A stretch of DNA of 64,000 bases from Camelus dromedarius. Taxonomy: Eukaryota. Position numbers and translations under genes: made by a program. The notes beneath the pieces are model-generated. The model saw only the letters and a program-made list of their open reading frames with translations, did no database searches and was not told the origin of the DNA. Location of the stretch: assembly GCF_036321535.1 (NCBI RefSeq), contig NC_087436.1:44332001-44396000 (forward strand), read 5' to 3'. Shown here in pieces: positions 36,172 to 50,395 of the stretch (its first letter is position 1; every line of letters begins with the position of its first letter).

Positions 36172-39100
36172 TACTCTGAAGTTGAACTCTCTTAAGTGAC
36201 TGAATATCTGATCCATTTTTTTCCTCTCTCTCCCTGGTAAGGAGAGGAGTTGGTCCTGATCACCTAGGAGATGTCACAAAATATGTGTTTTATTGCTTCC
36301 TCTTAAATAGTTGTCACGTTTTGGTGGTAACTTCCAATGTTCTATCAGTAAGGGAATGATGGAAGTGTGCAGCAGCTTGGGTTCAGCTTTTCAGTACATC
36401 TTGCAAGGTAAGTGTTCTGGTTCTCATGCAGGAACCTGGAGCCCAACACAGTCATTAAACTGTAGAGTTTTTCTTTGTCATCTGTGTATGACACTAGGCT
36501 TGTCCTTAGGCATCAGTACTGCTTCTTTTCCTCCCCTGAATATTAGCATCTTCTCTGCTCTACCCACCGCTAGTTTAAGGGGGTACAAATATTGTTTAGA
36601 AAATAATATCTATATATGCCAGAATGGGTTTGGTGAATAACTTGACTGAAAATTATTAGTATTGAATTCTTTGAACTGAAAGTTTTTGCCTTATCTTGTT
36701 CCACTCATTTATTCATTCAGTGTTTATTAATCTCCTGTGACGTGCCAGGTTACTGATATTCACACAAATATAGATTCAATATATCTCCTCCCTACAGTGG
36801 GAAACTTTGCAAAAATACACATGGCCTTTCTTCCTTTATTCTCTACTCTCTACTTCCTTGTGTATTCTGTTAGCTTTTTAGGATAGGGTAGGAAGTGCCT
36901 GGAAACTGAATGTGTATATACAAAGAGGTCTCTAAATGATTCACTCACCTCCTCTCCAACTACCATTAAGAACTGCTGTCAGAGTTTACAGTGTAAAAGG
37001 GGAGAGACAGAGATAAATACATAATTACAACCCTCCAGGTGAAATACTATTAGGGGTATGTTCAAAAATTTACTAAGAATATTACAATGTTTGGCTAACG
37101 TCAGAGTAAAGAGACAAAATAGAGGAAAGCATGTATTTAATTTTCCAGTAGATGACAAGATTTACAGGAAAACTGACTTAAAAGAGAATTGAAAGAAGAA
37201 AAAGACGTATTCACTTATTTTTGAAGTTTACCTATTTTTTTTTTGGTTCTCTGACTTGATGGTTGCCAGGCACTTGGTATAGGTCATTTTCATGGTTAAA
37301 CTGAATGGCAAGTTATTAATAGGGATGGATGTTCTAACCATGGACTGACATAGTTTCAGAGAATAAAATTAGGTGGCTTCACAACAGTAGAAATTTAAAT
37401 AATGCAATTGTTAATTGTTTAACACCTTTTATAGGCATTTCACTGTAGGCAGAAAAATAAACCTTTTTTTTGTTTCATTAGAAAGAAATCTATATAGATG
37501 TAGCCTGGAGAGGATGAAAGTGTCGGTTTTTACATTTAAGGATTTGTGCTTTATGAGCCTTGATATGTTAATGCTTCCTCTGGGGCTCTTGTGGATGAGC
37601 ACATTGCACAGGTGGCCCATTGAATTTATAGACACAATAACTGAACGGGAGACATGAGAGGCCAGAGCGTTTGTGGCACATGGGCTGCAGCTGGCTTGGC
37701 CACTTAACAGCCGACATAAGTTTTATGTGACACAGCCACTTACTGAAACACCGGAGACACTCTTTTTTCCTGGGACCCCAACCCGCTGCTTTTTTCACTC
37801 TTCCCTTCCTCCAGCACAGATCGTGGAAAGCCCTGAGAGCTGCTTTGTCAAACTCTGAAATGAGCAAATTAATTTATAATAATTTATGAAGTTCTGGAGC
37901 TCCTTGAAACGAACATCTGTTAAATGCGACTTCACTTTGTAACATTCTAAAACTCCATGGATTAAACAGTCAGGGGCTTGGAAACTTGAAAAAGCTGAGG
38001 TGCCCATGTCTGAAGAAAGTCTGAAAAAGCCAGAGAACTAGCTTTTGCAAATTAAAATGTTTATCATCTAAATTAAAAATGCCACTTGGGGGTGGGAGAT
38101 TCTTTGGCCAGAATATCCTCAAGACTATTGGAATATCTGTTGCCAAACATTGTTGAGGATAAAAAAGAAAAATGATTAGACGTACACGCACACCCTCGTC
38201 TAAAATTTAAAAGACATAAAATTAGTTGTGGGCACGTACTTCTAGAGACTCCTCTGCCGGTTTAATCTGAGTTAGTGCCGTACTCAACATGGAGGTGCTA
38301 GAACAGCACTCTTCAGTAAGGGATATGGGCTCCAATCTAAAGAGAGATGAAAACATGAGAGAAGTGGAAAGAAGCAGAGAAAGAGTAACATACGGAGCAA
38401 GTATAACTGAAAAGTAAGGAATAATAGAAAAGAAGCAAAAATACCGTTTTCCTTGTCTTTGCACATTATTTGCAGGCAAGATTATTTTATTAAGATACTA
38501 ATTTACTTTTTGTTTTTCCTCTATTATTGTTCCCCAGGTCCCAACTTGTCACCAGACTCTGGTGCCCTCGGGAAGTTTGTGTAGAGGGCAAAAGTAGAAG
38601 TTATCTGAAACAACCTGTATTTTGGGGTTTTGTTTTCTAGAAGCTTGAACCTTTGAGGAAAGAGCTCGGAGCGGAGCAAGGACATTACTTGAGGCTGGGG
38701 TGGGCCTGGAAGCTCCCCAGCTGGGATGCAGAAAGTCCTTAGAGGGCAGTGCCTGCCGGAGGGGCCCTCAAGGCGGGCCCTTGGCCTCTGGTCTCCAGCC
38801 TCAGCTGAGATTCTCTTGTGTTATCTGTGGCACAAGTGCAGCAGGTTGCCAGGGCCCCATGTGAGCTCGGACAAGGGATATCTCTGCGTCAGCCAGCTTA
38901 GGGAGAAGTCCGAGGGGTCTTCCTGATGCACTAACACTGCATGGGTCTTCTGGGTCATTGCATTGCCTGTATGTGGTAAGGGAGTCCCCACAGTAATAAC
39001 TGAGGGAAAATTCCCTGCCTTCCTGTGTGATGAGAGCTCGGATGAGTTTTAGTTTTGCGTTCCTTTCTGCTACATTTGGTTTGTGAACTTCGAATCTCCT

Positions 39101-39389
39101 TCTTTCAATAACTCCCAAGTCCGTCTTACCTTCTTTTGCTGTCTCATTTCTAGCAGAAGAAAATATTCACAGATATTTTAATCTATGTGTGTATGTATAT
39201 ATTCAGTTATTTTTAACCTGCCTTTTCCCACAAAGGATTTTAGACAATTTGTTTAGGAATATTATCAATTCAATCATAATCTCCTTCCCACACTGAACGA
39301 TGAAATATAGCTAAAAAATCACGGACCAACTGATTTGAAACAAGAGCTAAATTTACATTTATCCATGTGATATTTTCATGAGTCAACAT

Positions 39390-39590
39390 AATACAGCAGT
39401 TAATGAACTTGAGCTCTGAGGCCAGACATACCTGAGATTCAATCCCAGCTTTCCTTAATGCTATAATAATGGGCAAGTTAATTTATCTTTTCCTCAAATG
39501 TATAGGGTTATACCGAGGATTGACTGTAAATGTGTGGTGGAGCACTTGAACAGTGCCTGGCACAGAGTTGGTTTAATGTTTAATAGTGCT
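39390..39590 (+). mobile_element. MIR SINE
   Basis: GCTCTGAGGCCAGAC..TTCAATCCCAGCT..GGGCAAGTTA..GAGCACTTGAACAGTGCCTGGCACA. Confidence 0.75.
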
Positions 39591-42500
39591 AGCTGGGTTG
39601 CTTGCCACTGAAGAGCCCTGTTTCAGGAGCTTAGGATATACTCAGGGAAGGCGAATGACTGATATGTTCATAGCAAGTCATGATCCTTGATTCATTTAAG
39701 TTAGACTCCAAAAGTAGCAATGATTGCACTAAATTATTAACGTAATTTTTCCAGTTTTCCGTGTTACTTTTTTGTATTTGTGTGTGTGTGTTTGTCCCCA
39801 TGAATGTCCACATGCACCCACACTCATGTACTTAAAGAACCCAAAGTTCCTTAATCTCAGTGGTTTGATGGATGTTGATGTTATCACGCTGGCCTCATAA
39901 GCATTATGCACCAATTTAAGACTAACCAATTCAGACTACATAGAATCCATGACAGGATTAGATAATGCATCATTAGAGTATTTTAATTCAATATGTGACA
40001 TATGGTGATAGAAATCATTTTTCCTAAGGGGCATCCTGTAAAGGGTGATGCTTACATGTTCTGCAGGGTATTTTTTAAAATATGGTCTTAATTTGAATAA
40101 TAATATAGCTTTGACTCATTCAGGATATTTATGAGAAAGAGGTATTTTTACTTGAGAACTTACTATAGCTCATAAAAATAGCTAAGAATAGTTGAATATG
40201 CACAATAGAGTGAGAAATGTACATTCTTAATTGACAGTTAATTAATCTGATTATATAGTTCACAAAATACAAATAACCAACAGGATTATTTGGTCCTTCC
40301 TCACTAAAATTGGGTGGCACTCTTGGCCAGATGGGGCTGGCAATATGAGCTGTTCGTTGACTGGTCTGCATTGGAAGATTTGTTTCCTTAGGTAAGAATT
40401 GCATACAAATTGTGGAAAGTAGTTTGGTGTCTCCTCCTGCAAGTGTTTAGAAGTCCTGTCTTTAAGGTTCTCTCTGTTTCCTGTTACCTTCCAGATCTAG
40501 GCAAAGGTTGGATCATAAGGGGATTTGCTCTGATGACACATGCTATTGGTGAAACATCTTCTGTTTATCTTGGAAATAATGACTCTTTTTTTGAACCGGT
40601 TTGTTTTCTATCTCCTGGAGTTTATGGCAGAGATAGGAGAAACTCAGCATGTTCTAGGTCAGGTTTTTACTGAAAAAAGATTTTTATTTTTTCTTGAAAA
40701 AATCATGGAGGGAAAAAAAGGAGAGGGATGCATAGTCACAAAGTAAATTATTTCAGTTGCAGGCCGCCTCGGTGTTTCCTTAATGTACACAGTTTGTGGC
40801 AGCAGAGATAGGTAATACATTATTCTGTTAGCGGGAATATCTGATTGCAAAAAATAATTCATTGATTAGCCCTGCTTTAAAAAGAGAGTTTAGTTATTGA
40901 GCAGAGTTAAATAATAGATTTTTCTGACTTCTAAGAATTTATCCCCAAACAAGAGCATATGCACGGATTTGACCACATCCTCTTAATTACTATAGCTTTA
41001 TAGTATGTTTCACTAGCTGATGGAAATCATTATCCCAGTATCATTCTTTTTTATATGTCAATTATTATGTATTTATTCATTCAGAAAATCTGTAACTTGA
41101 TCAGATTCCACCACCTTTACCGTAAGCAATATTTTAGTTTAAACTAATTAAATATGCAATTAAGTGTAGGAGAATTAAATCTGTCCAATTTTGAGTTTTT
41201 CATCTAAGAATACTGAATTATTTTTTAACTTTAAGGAAGTTCATTATATCTAGTGATGTTCAATTTCATGTGGTTTGGGCTTGTTTTTATGCCTATTAAG
41301 ATAATTTTTTATCTTATGTTAACCATCTACCTAATATATATTAGATGTATAACCCAATCTGCTTAGCTTCAAAATTTTTGATGAGGTTGCCTTTATATAT
41401 TCAGCAAAATAATTCTTAAAAAAGTGTTAACAGGACAGAGCCATGTACATAAGCCATATGATGTGCTAAATTTAATGGCATGGATTTCTGATCTGTTTAA
41501 GAGGTTTAAATAATCATTAACTGTTCAACATAAAAATTATATTTTAATATAGAATTTGACATATTTTTAATGTATATTTAAAAATATTTAAAATATTCAG
41601 GAAGTCTGAAGATCTTTATTATCTTCATATCATAATTTTATATGCTAATGAGTTTTATACCATTCGTATATAAAGGTGTTGATTATTGAGGTTAATGATT
41701 GGCAGAGTGCCCAATAGACAGGTTTTGCTTCCTAATTACAGTGTGAAAACATGCTCTATATTCCTCTGCTTTTTTTCAAAATTTCACCCTCACTCAGAGG
41801 CTCTATTTAAATCTCTTCTATGTATCTGTTCCTGCTTGTCCAGTTTGTTCATATGTGGCATGGTTGCTGAGGCAATGGATGTCAACCTCTACTACTTATT
41901 AAGGACCCCTTAAGCCTTGCCATGAATAAGGGATAAGAAGCCACTCAGTCACTCTGTTATCCTCAGCTTTGAATATGGTCTTCATTAATTGAGCCCTGAT
42001 AGTGTACCGCTTGCCTTTTTCCCAGCTAACTCTGTGTGGATCCCATGATTACTAGTTTGTAGTCCAAGTACTACCCAAAATGAAATCTCATCCTGAACAT
42101 CAGGCTGATTTGGGCCCCCCAAAGCAACCCTCCCTGACACTTTATATCTTAGAAGTTGAATTCTGTATTTAACACTTAGTCATGCTGGCTGAGGCATTGC
42201 CTCATTCTATATTCTACCCCAGGTCCATGACACTACTTGCCAGGTGGGTATTGCCACTTTCCAGGTTCACATCATTATGACCCTGCCTTCTAGAATGCAT
42301 CTTGTGTATTGTCAGTTTGAGTGGGGCCCCAGCTCATGATCCTCACCTTAGGCATTTAGTTTGGACTGTTGGTAATGATGCTTGGGTCCAACTCCAAACT
42401 CATTTCACTATTCACAAACCAGAATTACCCCAGTTCCAAATACTTGCTTTTTCTTGGCAGCCTACTGTTCAAGCAGCTGCAGACATTTTATCTGAGGCTA

Positions 42501-44565
42501 CGAAGATCATGAAATTTTCGTATCTTCCTGGAAAATTCTGGCTTAATTATTAAATTATTTTTTCATGGAGTTTGCAATTCAGTTTTAAAATTCTAAAGGT
42601 CAGAAATTAATGCATTATTTTTTCCCCATTTTTGTAGTAACTATTTTTTTTAAGAAAAGATCCAGATACATAATTTGATAAATTCTAGTATATTTGTAGG
42701 GTCAGAGCATGTACTATTTGAAATAGGACCTGACATTGTATTCTGAATATTATGCTCATCTTATTTCTAGCATGTAGTGTTTAAAATTTCTTTCTTGGTT
42801 AGTATGTATGAATGGTATATGAAATGTATTATTAGAAGCATTTTTTAGATTGTTTAAAATCATTATTATTCTCAGAGCACTTTTGAATGAATTCCTCTGT
42901 TGAAAATTTTCTGAAATTCTTAGCATTCGTATATTGTGTCAGGGGAACTTTTCCCACTCTGTGCATAGAATAGTCCTTTCAGTACAGCACCTGAAGGGGT
43001 CACTCATGCACAGGACAAATAATACTCTCAGTGGAGTAGGCTTGATTTGAATAGTAAAATATCTTTGAGTGGTGGCAGAAACATTTTGTGTCACTTCTGA
43101 GGGATAGAGTAGTTGAATTCTTTCTAGAAATAAAGGTTGTTTTCTAAGGAGTGTATTGAAATGTAGGAATTCAAGGGCTATTCTTCTTGTCAATTGTAAA
43201 AAGTTTTTATTTCTTTGCCATTTTCCTAGAAGCTTGTTTTAGGAATAGGAGTGAAACACAGAACACATAAGCATTAGCAGGATTAGACTTTCAAAAGCTT
43301 TGAAGGAAATGAGGGCACAGTTTTTTTTTTTTTTTTCAGACTTTACCCTCTGTTTTTTTCATGGAGAAAGGATTTTTTTAGGAGCAGGAGTAGAAAGGGT
43401 TGTAATTGCATAGCATATTGGTTTTTTTTTTTCCAAATTTAAATTTAATTGTATTTTTGTTATGCAAAATGCAGTTCAAGAAAGTATCCCCTTGCTTTAT
43501 GCTTTATTACTGATTTCACTCTAGGCAAGAATATATGAAAACAAGCAGCTCTTGGCAATTAGATATTGCTGTGATAAAATATTTTGTAATGCTGAGATTT
43601 TTTTCTCTTTAAAAATTGGATTGATTAATTTCACACAAAAGGAGATTATCTTAAGAATTCTGTCACTTGTATGATTGTTGTATAAATAATTTATTGTTTA
43701 AAAAAATGTGCCTAAAAAGCCTAGCACAGTGAATATATGATAAAAGTTCTCACTGCTTCTGAAATACTTGAAGTCCATCTGTGACTGCAAATTAGGTATA
43801 AACTCCAATTTTTCTACACCTTCTCTGAGTAAGTATTTTTATTTCTAAATTTAAATTGAGGATGACATCTTAAAATTGTTTTATAGAGAAAAGTATGGTT
43901 ACATTTCTAGATGTCTTATGTTTGACACTTGCATGCTTTAAAGCAAACAATACTCATTGATTACCTAGAAAGTTTCTTTATGCTTTGTTAATTTGATAGA
44001 CCAGGCAATTTATTAGGTGTTTCCTGTTTTTAACTGTAGTCTGATTCTGAAGGAAATGAGCAGTGTCTGTGGCACAGCAGATGAGTCTGTGTCTGATGAG
44101 AGCCATGTGGGCCAAACTCTCATTTTTCTTAAGTGCTGTCATTTTACAGATGTATGACCTTTTTCTTCTTTCTTCAGAGGAGGAGGGACTGGGGGAAGAA
44201 GATAATACACGGGGTTCATTTGAGAAACTCTTGTAGGCAGATACACAAATCATGTCATGTAAACCAGAACAGGCTAAGAAAACTCACATCTCTTTTCCGA
44301 AGACAATAACAGATAGGACAGAGAAAGATGGAGTCAAAGATGATTAGGAAAACAGGAATGGTTAATGGATAACAGCAACGTGGCGCCAAGCTGTTCATTC
44401 CATGTCATAAAGATATGAAGCCACACAAACAGAGGCCAGGTAAAAGGTCTCTGAATGCATATCCAATCAATGCAGATGTAGATTTGTGCTTTGAGACTAT
44501 TTGATGGAGAATAATATGAAGCATGGAGAAGTTACTCACAGCAAATTAAGCTGTTCCCTCCTTAC

Positions 44566-44696
44566 CAGGGCTACCTCATGGTTGTGTGGTGTGACCTGTG
44601 CGTTCACACAGGACACAGCACGTGGTATAATGCTCTGCTGTTGCCCCACATTTTCATTTTGCACTGGGTCCCACAAAATGTGTGTAGCCAGTCCTG
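44566..44696. mobile_element. MER91A-like hAT-Tip100 MITE (internally deleted)
   Basis: TIRs CAGGGCTA.. / ..TAGCCAGTCCTG; internal CACATTTTCATTTTGCACTGGGTCCCACAAA is shared with the copy at 63657. Confidence 0.8.
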
Positions 44697-45058
44697 AGCA
44701 TGCCTAATATATTTTGGACCTGTATTTTTTGTGTTTTTTAGTGTGTGACGCTTTTACTTTTAAATTCTGAAACCACAGATTCACATGGTCCTTGCAACCA
44801 AGGGTGATTTAAATGGTCATCATGGTGGCCAGCAGGGAGCCATCTCTTAGGCACTTTTCATACCTAATATCTGACCTGCCTTTACTTGCTCTAGGCCCAG
44901 GGGGCTTATTTAAGAAGGGCCAAATTTAATGGAAAGTTGAAATCATACCTGGAAGACTTTACATCATAACTTTTGTTGAAGTTAGAATGAAGAAAAAATG
45001 TATTCTTAGACTGTGTTCCTAAGCAGAAACCCTGTTATGTTCTCTAAGCTTGATCAAC

Positions 45059-45099
45059 TAACACAGGCACACACACACATCCATCCATCCATCCATCCA
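45059..45099. repeat. (CA)n-(CATC)n compound microsatellite
   Basis: CACACACACACATCCATCCATCCATCCATCCA. Confidence 0.9.
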
Positions 45100-48000
45100 G
45101 GAATAAGTTTTGTGATAAATACAAATTATTTTAAAAATCACGATTTTATTTTATAATATGAAAGCAGACAAGATCAAGTTTAATATTTTCATACATATGA
45201 AGAGATGCAACTTCATACTATCTCCTTATGAGAATAAATCCCTACTATATGAAGTCTTCATTTGGAATAAATTCTCTGTAATATGATCACACCCTTAAAA
45301 AGCGTTCATGGAGAAACTTGTTAGTTTTTACTTCACTCTTGCTAAACTGTTTTCTAATATTGAGCTAGTTTCTTTCTTGTAAGCATTTAAACGAGTTCCT
45401 ACAGTGAGCCCTGCTGCTATTTGTGAAATCAGTTTCTCATTTTATTTTGGAGTCTTTTTTGTTCAGTTCAGCACTTTGTCCTGTGGGTAGGATCTCATGA
45501 GATGTGAGCGTAACTGATGGAAGCCCAGTGAATTATCTCATCTGGGTTTATTTGACTTCATGGGGGGAATTCTCTAATCTGAACTTCTCAGGAGCAGCGT
45601 CCACTTCATGTACACCACTAACTGCACTGGGAGCCTTTCCTCATCTTCCTGTCTCTGATGCAAGAGTTAATGTTTATTTTGGGGCAACCACAAAGGAAGA
45701 ATCTCTTTCATGTTAGTTGATCTTTTTCAAAAAGAATAGAACATGCTATGCAGCTACACAGATTTAAAGAGCTACTCTGATCTCAAGTAAATCGACTTCA
45801 TGCATCCATCCATCTTAAAGAACATTCAGTCAATCAAAATGCTTTCCTCCACTGTCCAGATGGACCATTAAAAGACAGTTGCCAAGCAATTTCTATTTTA
45901 AAAATCAATTTTGTACTAAGTTGAGGTATATGGTAAAAACCTCTAACCTATTACATAGTTTTTAAACAAGACCCTTCCCCCAACCCAAACTGTTAATTAT
46001 TGCACAGCCAAGGCTGCAATTAAAGGCTGGAGATTTGTCTAGTGAGATAACAGAGGGAGGAAAACAAGGACACAGTCTCTCTATGGGGCAGTTACATCAC
46101 ACTTGATAGCTCTCTCATGGACGCTATTGTGTTTGTTCCTTAGCAGAGTGAATGTCCTAGTCAATAGATATGTAGAAATAAAGAGCAATTGAGATGAACA
46201 CCTGTCTGATTATTGGAAAAGAATACACCCTATGAAAAACCTGAGAGATTCTCTTCACTTCTGTCCAAACCTCTCAAGCTCAACTCTCTTTAGTTAATTT
46301 CTTAGGAAAATGTCATTGACTGGAATATAACTATCTAATCACTTGCTTATTCTAAGATAAGAGACTGTAAATTCACTCAAGATAGACATAGAAATTTTTT
46401 TAAGAAACAAGATTTTCTTATGAAACGTAATTTATCCAACAGAATGGGGCCAAGACTATGGAAAGGTATTTAAGAGCAAAGATAATTGTCTTATATGATA
46501 GCCTTTTATTTCCATTACAGAACTTTATATTACAAGCTTTAAGGTGCTCTGGTTTGTTTCAGGCATTATTTTGAAGTCTTTTCCATTGCTTATAAAAGAT
46601 TCGTTCCTGTAATTTTCATCTTTTCTACTTCAATTTTAAAAATCATCTATTGCTGAAAATAAATTTTTTCTCTCTTTACTTTCTCTAAACGAGTCAACTT
46701 CTTATAACCATCTGAACCCAAGGCATTTAAAACTGGATGAATCAGTCCTCTAATCCATTTTTCACTTTTTTTTTTTCATTTTTCACTTTTCTTTTGAATT
46801 GTTCCTCACTCATTTAATCTTTTTTTAAGAATCTCCGTATTTATCTTAGGTACATTTACAAGCATCTTTCATCAACACTGTCCACCTTGATACAGGGGTA
46901 CTGATAAAAATTTATCTAGAAATTAAGTTTTCTGCTTATAATAGTTACTGTATTATAATATAGCTTCTATACTTGCCTTTAGAAATAATATAGTTTCATC
47001 CATTTTTTGAAATCTCCATAAATATATATAAAGAACTACAATGGTAGATATATCATGGTGATGTTTTAAATTGAGTCTCAAGTTAGGTGAAGAAGATACT
47101 TAACATATTTTTTGATAAATATAACTATCGTAACTGTATACTTATATGGTCTTACAAGTTAAAGGAAACATTTTCCTTGCCATAAAAATTGAAGATAGCC
47201 CAAGAAAAGTAAGACCTAGCCACAGAATATGAAATGTTGAGGGGGTAGGGGCTGGGAGAAGTTAGGGCTAACGCTTAGCTTTCTGCTTGTAATATTTCAC
47301 CATGATTTAGTTATGTTGAGACTCTAAATAATGTTTTCCCTTTTGCTGGTTCACAGTAAATGCAAATAATTTTAAAAAACCAGCCATGGAATGTGAATGA
47401 AAGGGTTTATGTGAATCTAAAAACCTTATCTGTGAGCATTACAGTAGAATTGATCCTTCCTGCGATTTTAACCTTTTTAGTTAGATCTGATGTGCATGTG
47501 TATAGGTTTATAGCCTGGAAAGACTGGGCTCTCCTTTTAATGTAGAATCATCTTGAGCCATTTCAATATGATTCACTTAATCTTTCATTTATGTAGAATC
47601 TTCAGAAAGCCTGTCTGTAGATCCCAGTTTAAGGCTTCAGTTGCTCCCCACACAGAGTCTGAGGGTTAGGAAGCTCAATATTATCATTGTGATAGAGCAT
47701 AGTCCAGCTCTTCCTTAATAAATGCAATGACATAATCAAGTAGGATGTAGGGAGTTGAATCCTCATTTTGTGAAATAACTACTATGCAGCAATTCTGAAT
47801 TGAAATAATGTAGGAAACTTTCTGCACTGATCAGCAGTATTTATAATCTATAATTTTTAGGCTCTTTGTGCAGGAAATTAAAAGCAAAGTGCAAATAGTT
47901 TGTCTGTTTTGCTTAACCACAGGGTTGTAAAATTTAATACTCAAGCGACATGCAAATTAGAAAATAACATTTTAAACCAGTCAATCAAAAAATCCTGTGA

Positions 48001-50169
48001 TTAAACTATTTGTTTGATAAGCATTCAAAGAGACCCCCCATGTTTTTTCTCTTTGGGGCACAGTTGTTTTCCTCCTTCTCAGGCCTAAGGGGTTTCATTT
48101 GCGTTTTATTTGCATTTTATTCTTAATGGGAAAAAAGAGAAAGCAAGGAGATAAGAGAAAGAAAGAAAAAACTGTTCCGGATATCTAGCAGTAACCAATT
48201 CCTTGGTGTTAGCCTGTGCTTTTGAATATTTTATCATTTATAAACTGAAAGCACATTATGCTCTGCTTTTCAAACAGGCTTTGTCACATGCCTTTCCTAA
48301 ACCTTTTAAGACAGAAGGCTTGTGACTGGGATAAAAAATATGCATTCTTTATTTCTACATATCTCCTGTGGTGCTACACTGTGGGATTGGAAGAATAGAG
48401 GAGGTTCGAAGGAGGTCTGAAGAGCCTGCTAATTATTTACAGAGGCAAACTGATTTTTAACTTGTGACTTTTTTTGAAAGAAAATATATGTTGATACTAT
48501 GAAAATATCAAGAGACTGTATGCTTGCTAAATAAGTCCTCTTTCTGACTTCTTAATCATCCTCTGGGCACGCATTTTGAGAGATGCTACTGAGAGATTTG
48601 TTGAACCTCATTGAATTAAGGTCAACTCATCAATTCTTAACAGAAATATAAGTTGAAGCTGATTCCTAATAGCTTCTGGAATGTAAAAGAAATGCTGACC
48701 TTTAGTCTAGATGTCAGTGGAAGCAGAGTCAAGAGCCAGAGAGTTTTGGTAAGAAATTTATACATTGCTGATAAGAGGTGGAAATTGTCTCTGTGTTTCA
48801 TATGCTGGAATCCAGAGGTGGTGTTTCTAGTTCTGCTCCTGTAAGACCAGGACTAGTCATTTAACCTTCCTACTTTCTTTTATTTGCTTTGCATGCATAA
48901 GAATGTATGTTGGCATATTGCTTTTCTGGAGATAAAACGAAAGCTATATTAATGTGGCATATTAACCAATTGCTGCACATATAATATAAATGATTTCAAT
49001 TTGCTAAAAGAAAAATCCCAGGTTAACAGCAGGCCTGCTCTGGAAACACAGGGAACACTGAAGAGAAGGGCAGAGCCTGGCTGTGTTTTGAAAAGAGTGG
49101 CTGTATGCCATGCAGCTTCCAGACAACTACCCAAGAGCCAGGCAGTGCAGGGATCCTGTAAAACTTCAGCCCTTGAATTCTGTAGCGATAAGGCAGGCTC
49201 TCTGGATTAACAACCCTGTCAAGGGTAACTCTCTGAAGTGCTTATTTGTTTAGACGAAGAAGCTCATTCATCATCAGGGAGTGATAGAAACAGGGGCTCT
49301 CTGACACTATATCTGAAGGCTACCTGGATGTATGGGCTCTTTTGGCACCATGAAAAGGAAGAGAAGGAGAAAAGACACTGTTGCTATTCAGTTTCAACAT
49401 AGTATTAACATGAAATGTATTATACATGTTCAAAAATGCCATTTTTTATGATGCCAATTTCATCCCTTTTCATTATAAACCTCTTTGGGGGAAAAATTTA
49501 TCTTAAGTGAAAATCATAGATGACAAGTGTAGTTACAATGTTAACTAACGTAATGAAACCCCCAAAGAAAAGAGTAACTCTTCTGTAAAATCTGGAATTA
49601 GAATTGCAGCTTGCCTTTTATTTACTTTATTATTAGATTCTTTGAAAACTATTTTATCAATCAATTCTTCTAGTCAAGCATGTGGATCTGATATTTATTT
49701 GCTAAAATAAAAAGATAAGACCAAATAAAGTGTCTTTTAAAAAATGCTATAGCTGAAATAGTGACTTTAAAAAAGTTGTGGAAGAATTTCAGATTTTTTT
49801 AAAGTACTCTATAATTTATAATGGTATAAAAATGGAAAAAACTCAAAAGCACATATTATCTGAGGAAATAAATAAGAATAATTGTAAAAATGGAGTGCCT
49901 TGAGTATAATTAAAAATAGTGTTACTTGCTAGATAGGTGAAATTTTAGGTACTATATTTATCAGTTATGATTGACAGTTAAATCTAAATTCTATGATTTT
50001 GAGTGTACATGTAACTAATAAGGAGATTTCAGTTTTATTTAAAACAGAAATGACATACATATATTGTAATTGTTAATTTGTACTTATATAATATATAATT
50101 CACAAATACTGTATAGTGATATATTCCTATATAACAAGTAAGAGTGCATATAGATATATACATTCTAAT

Positions 50170-50395
50170 GTAACTGTGATTTATTGAGAATTATATGCTA
50201 ATAATTACCTCTTGTTTTATAACATTCCTGCAAGTAGATACTGCAGTCTTAGTTCATATGTGAAGAAAGTACTGTTTAGGAAAGTTGAATAACATGTCCG
50301 GGGCCACACAACTAGTATGTGGTAGAAACAGGATTTGAAGGCAGATCCACTTAGATTCAAAGCCCTAGCCATTTACTTGTAGTCACGTTGCCTCC
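50170..50395 (-). mobile_element. MIR SINE (decayed)
   Basis: GGAAAGTTGAATAACATGTCC.GGGCCACACAACTAGTATGTGGTAGAAACAGGATTTGAA..CAG.TC..GATTCAAAGCCC. Confidence 0.7.

Noticed and set aside
39130..39149. Minus-strand micro-exon-like pattern (TTCTTCTGCTAG|AAATGAGACAGCAAAAGAAG|GTAAGA)
   Set aside because: It is 20 nt and not frame-preserving, with no other minus-strand exons identified; such matches are expected by chance in 64 kb.
41780..42480. GC-richer block that might be a retroviral internal fragment
   Set aside because: I could not match it convincingly to any family or protein motif, so it is left unannotated.
47241..47267. G-quadruplex-like GGGGG-TA-GGGG-CT-GGG-N8-GGG
   Set aside because: It is a single isolated motif with a long third loop and no supporting context.
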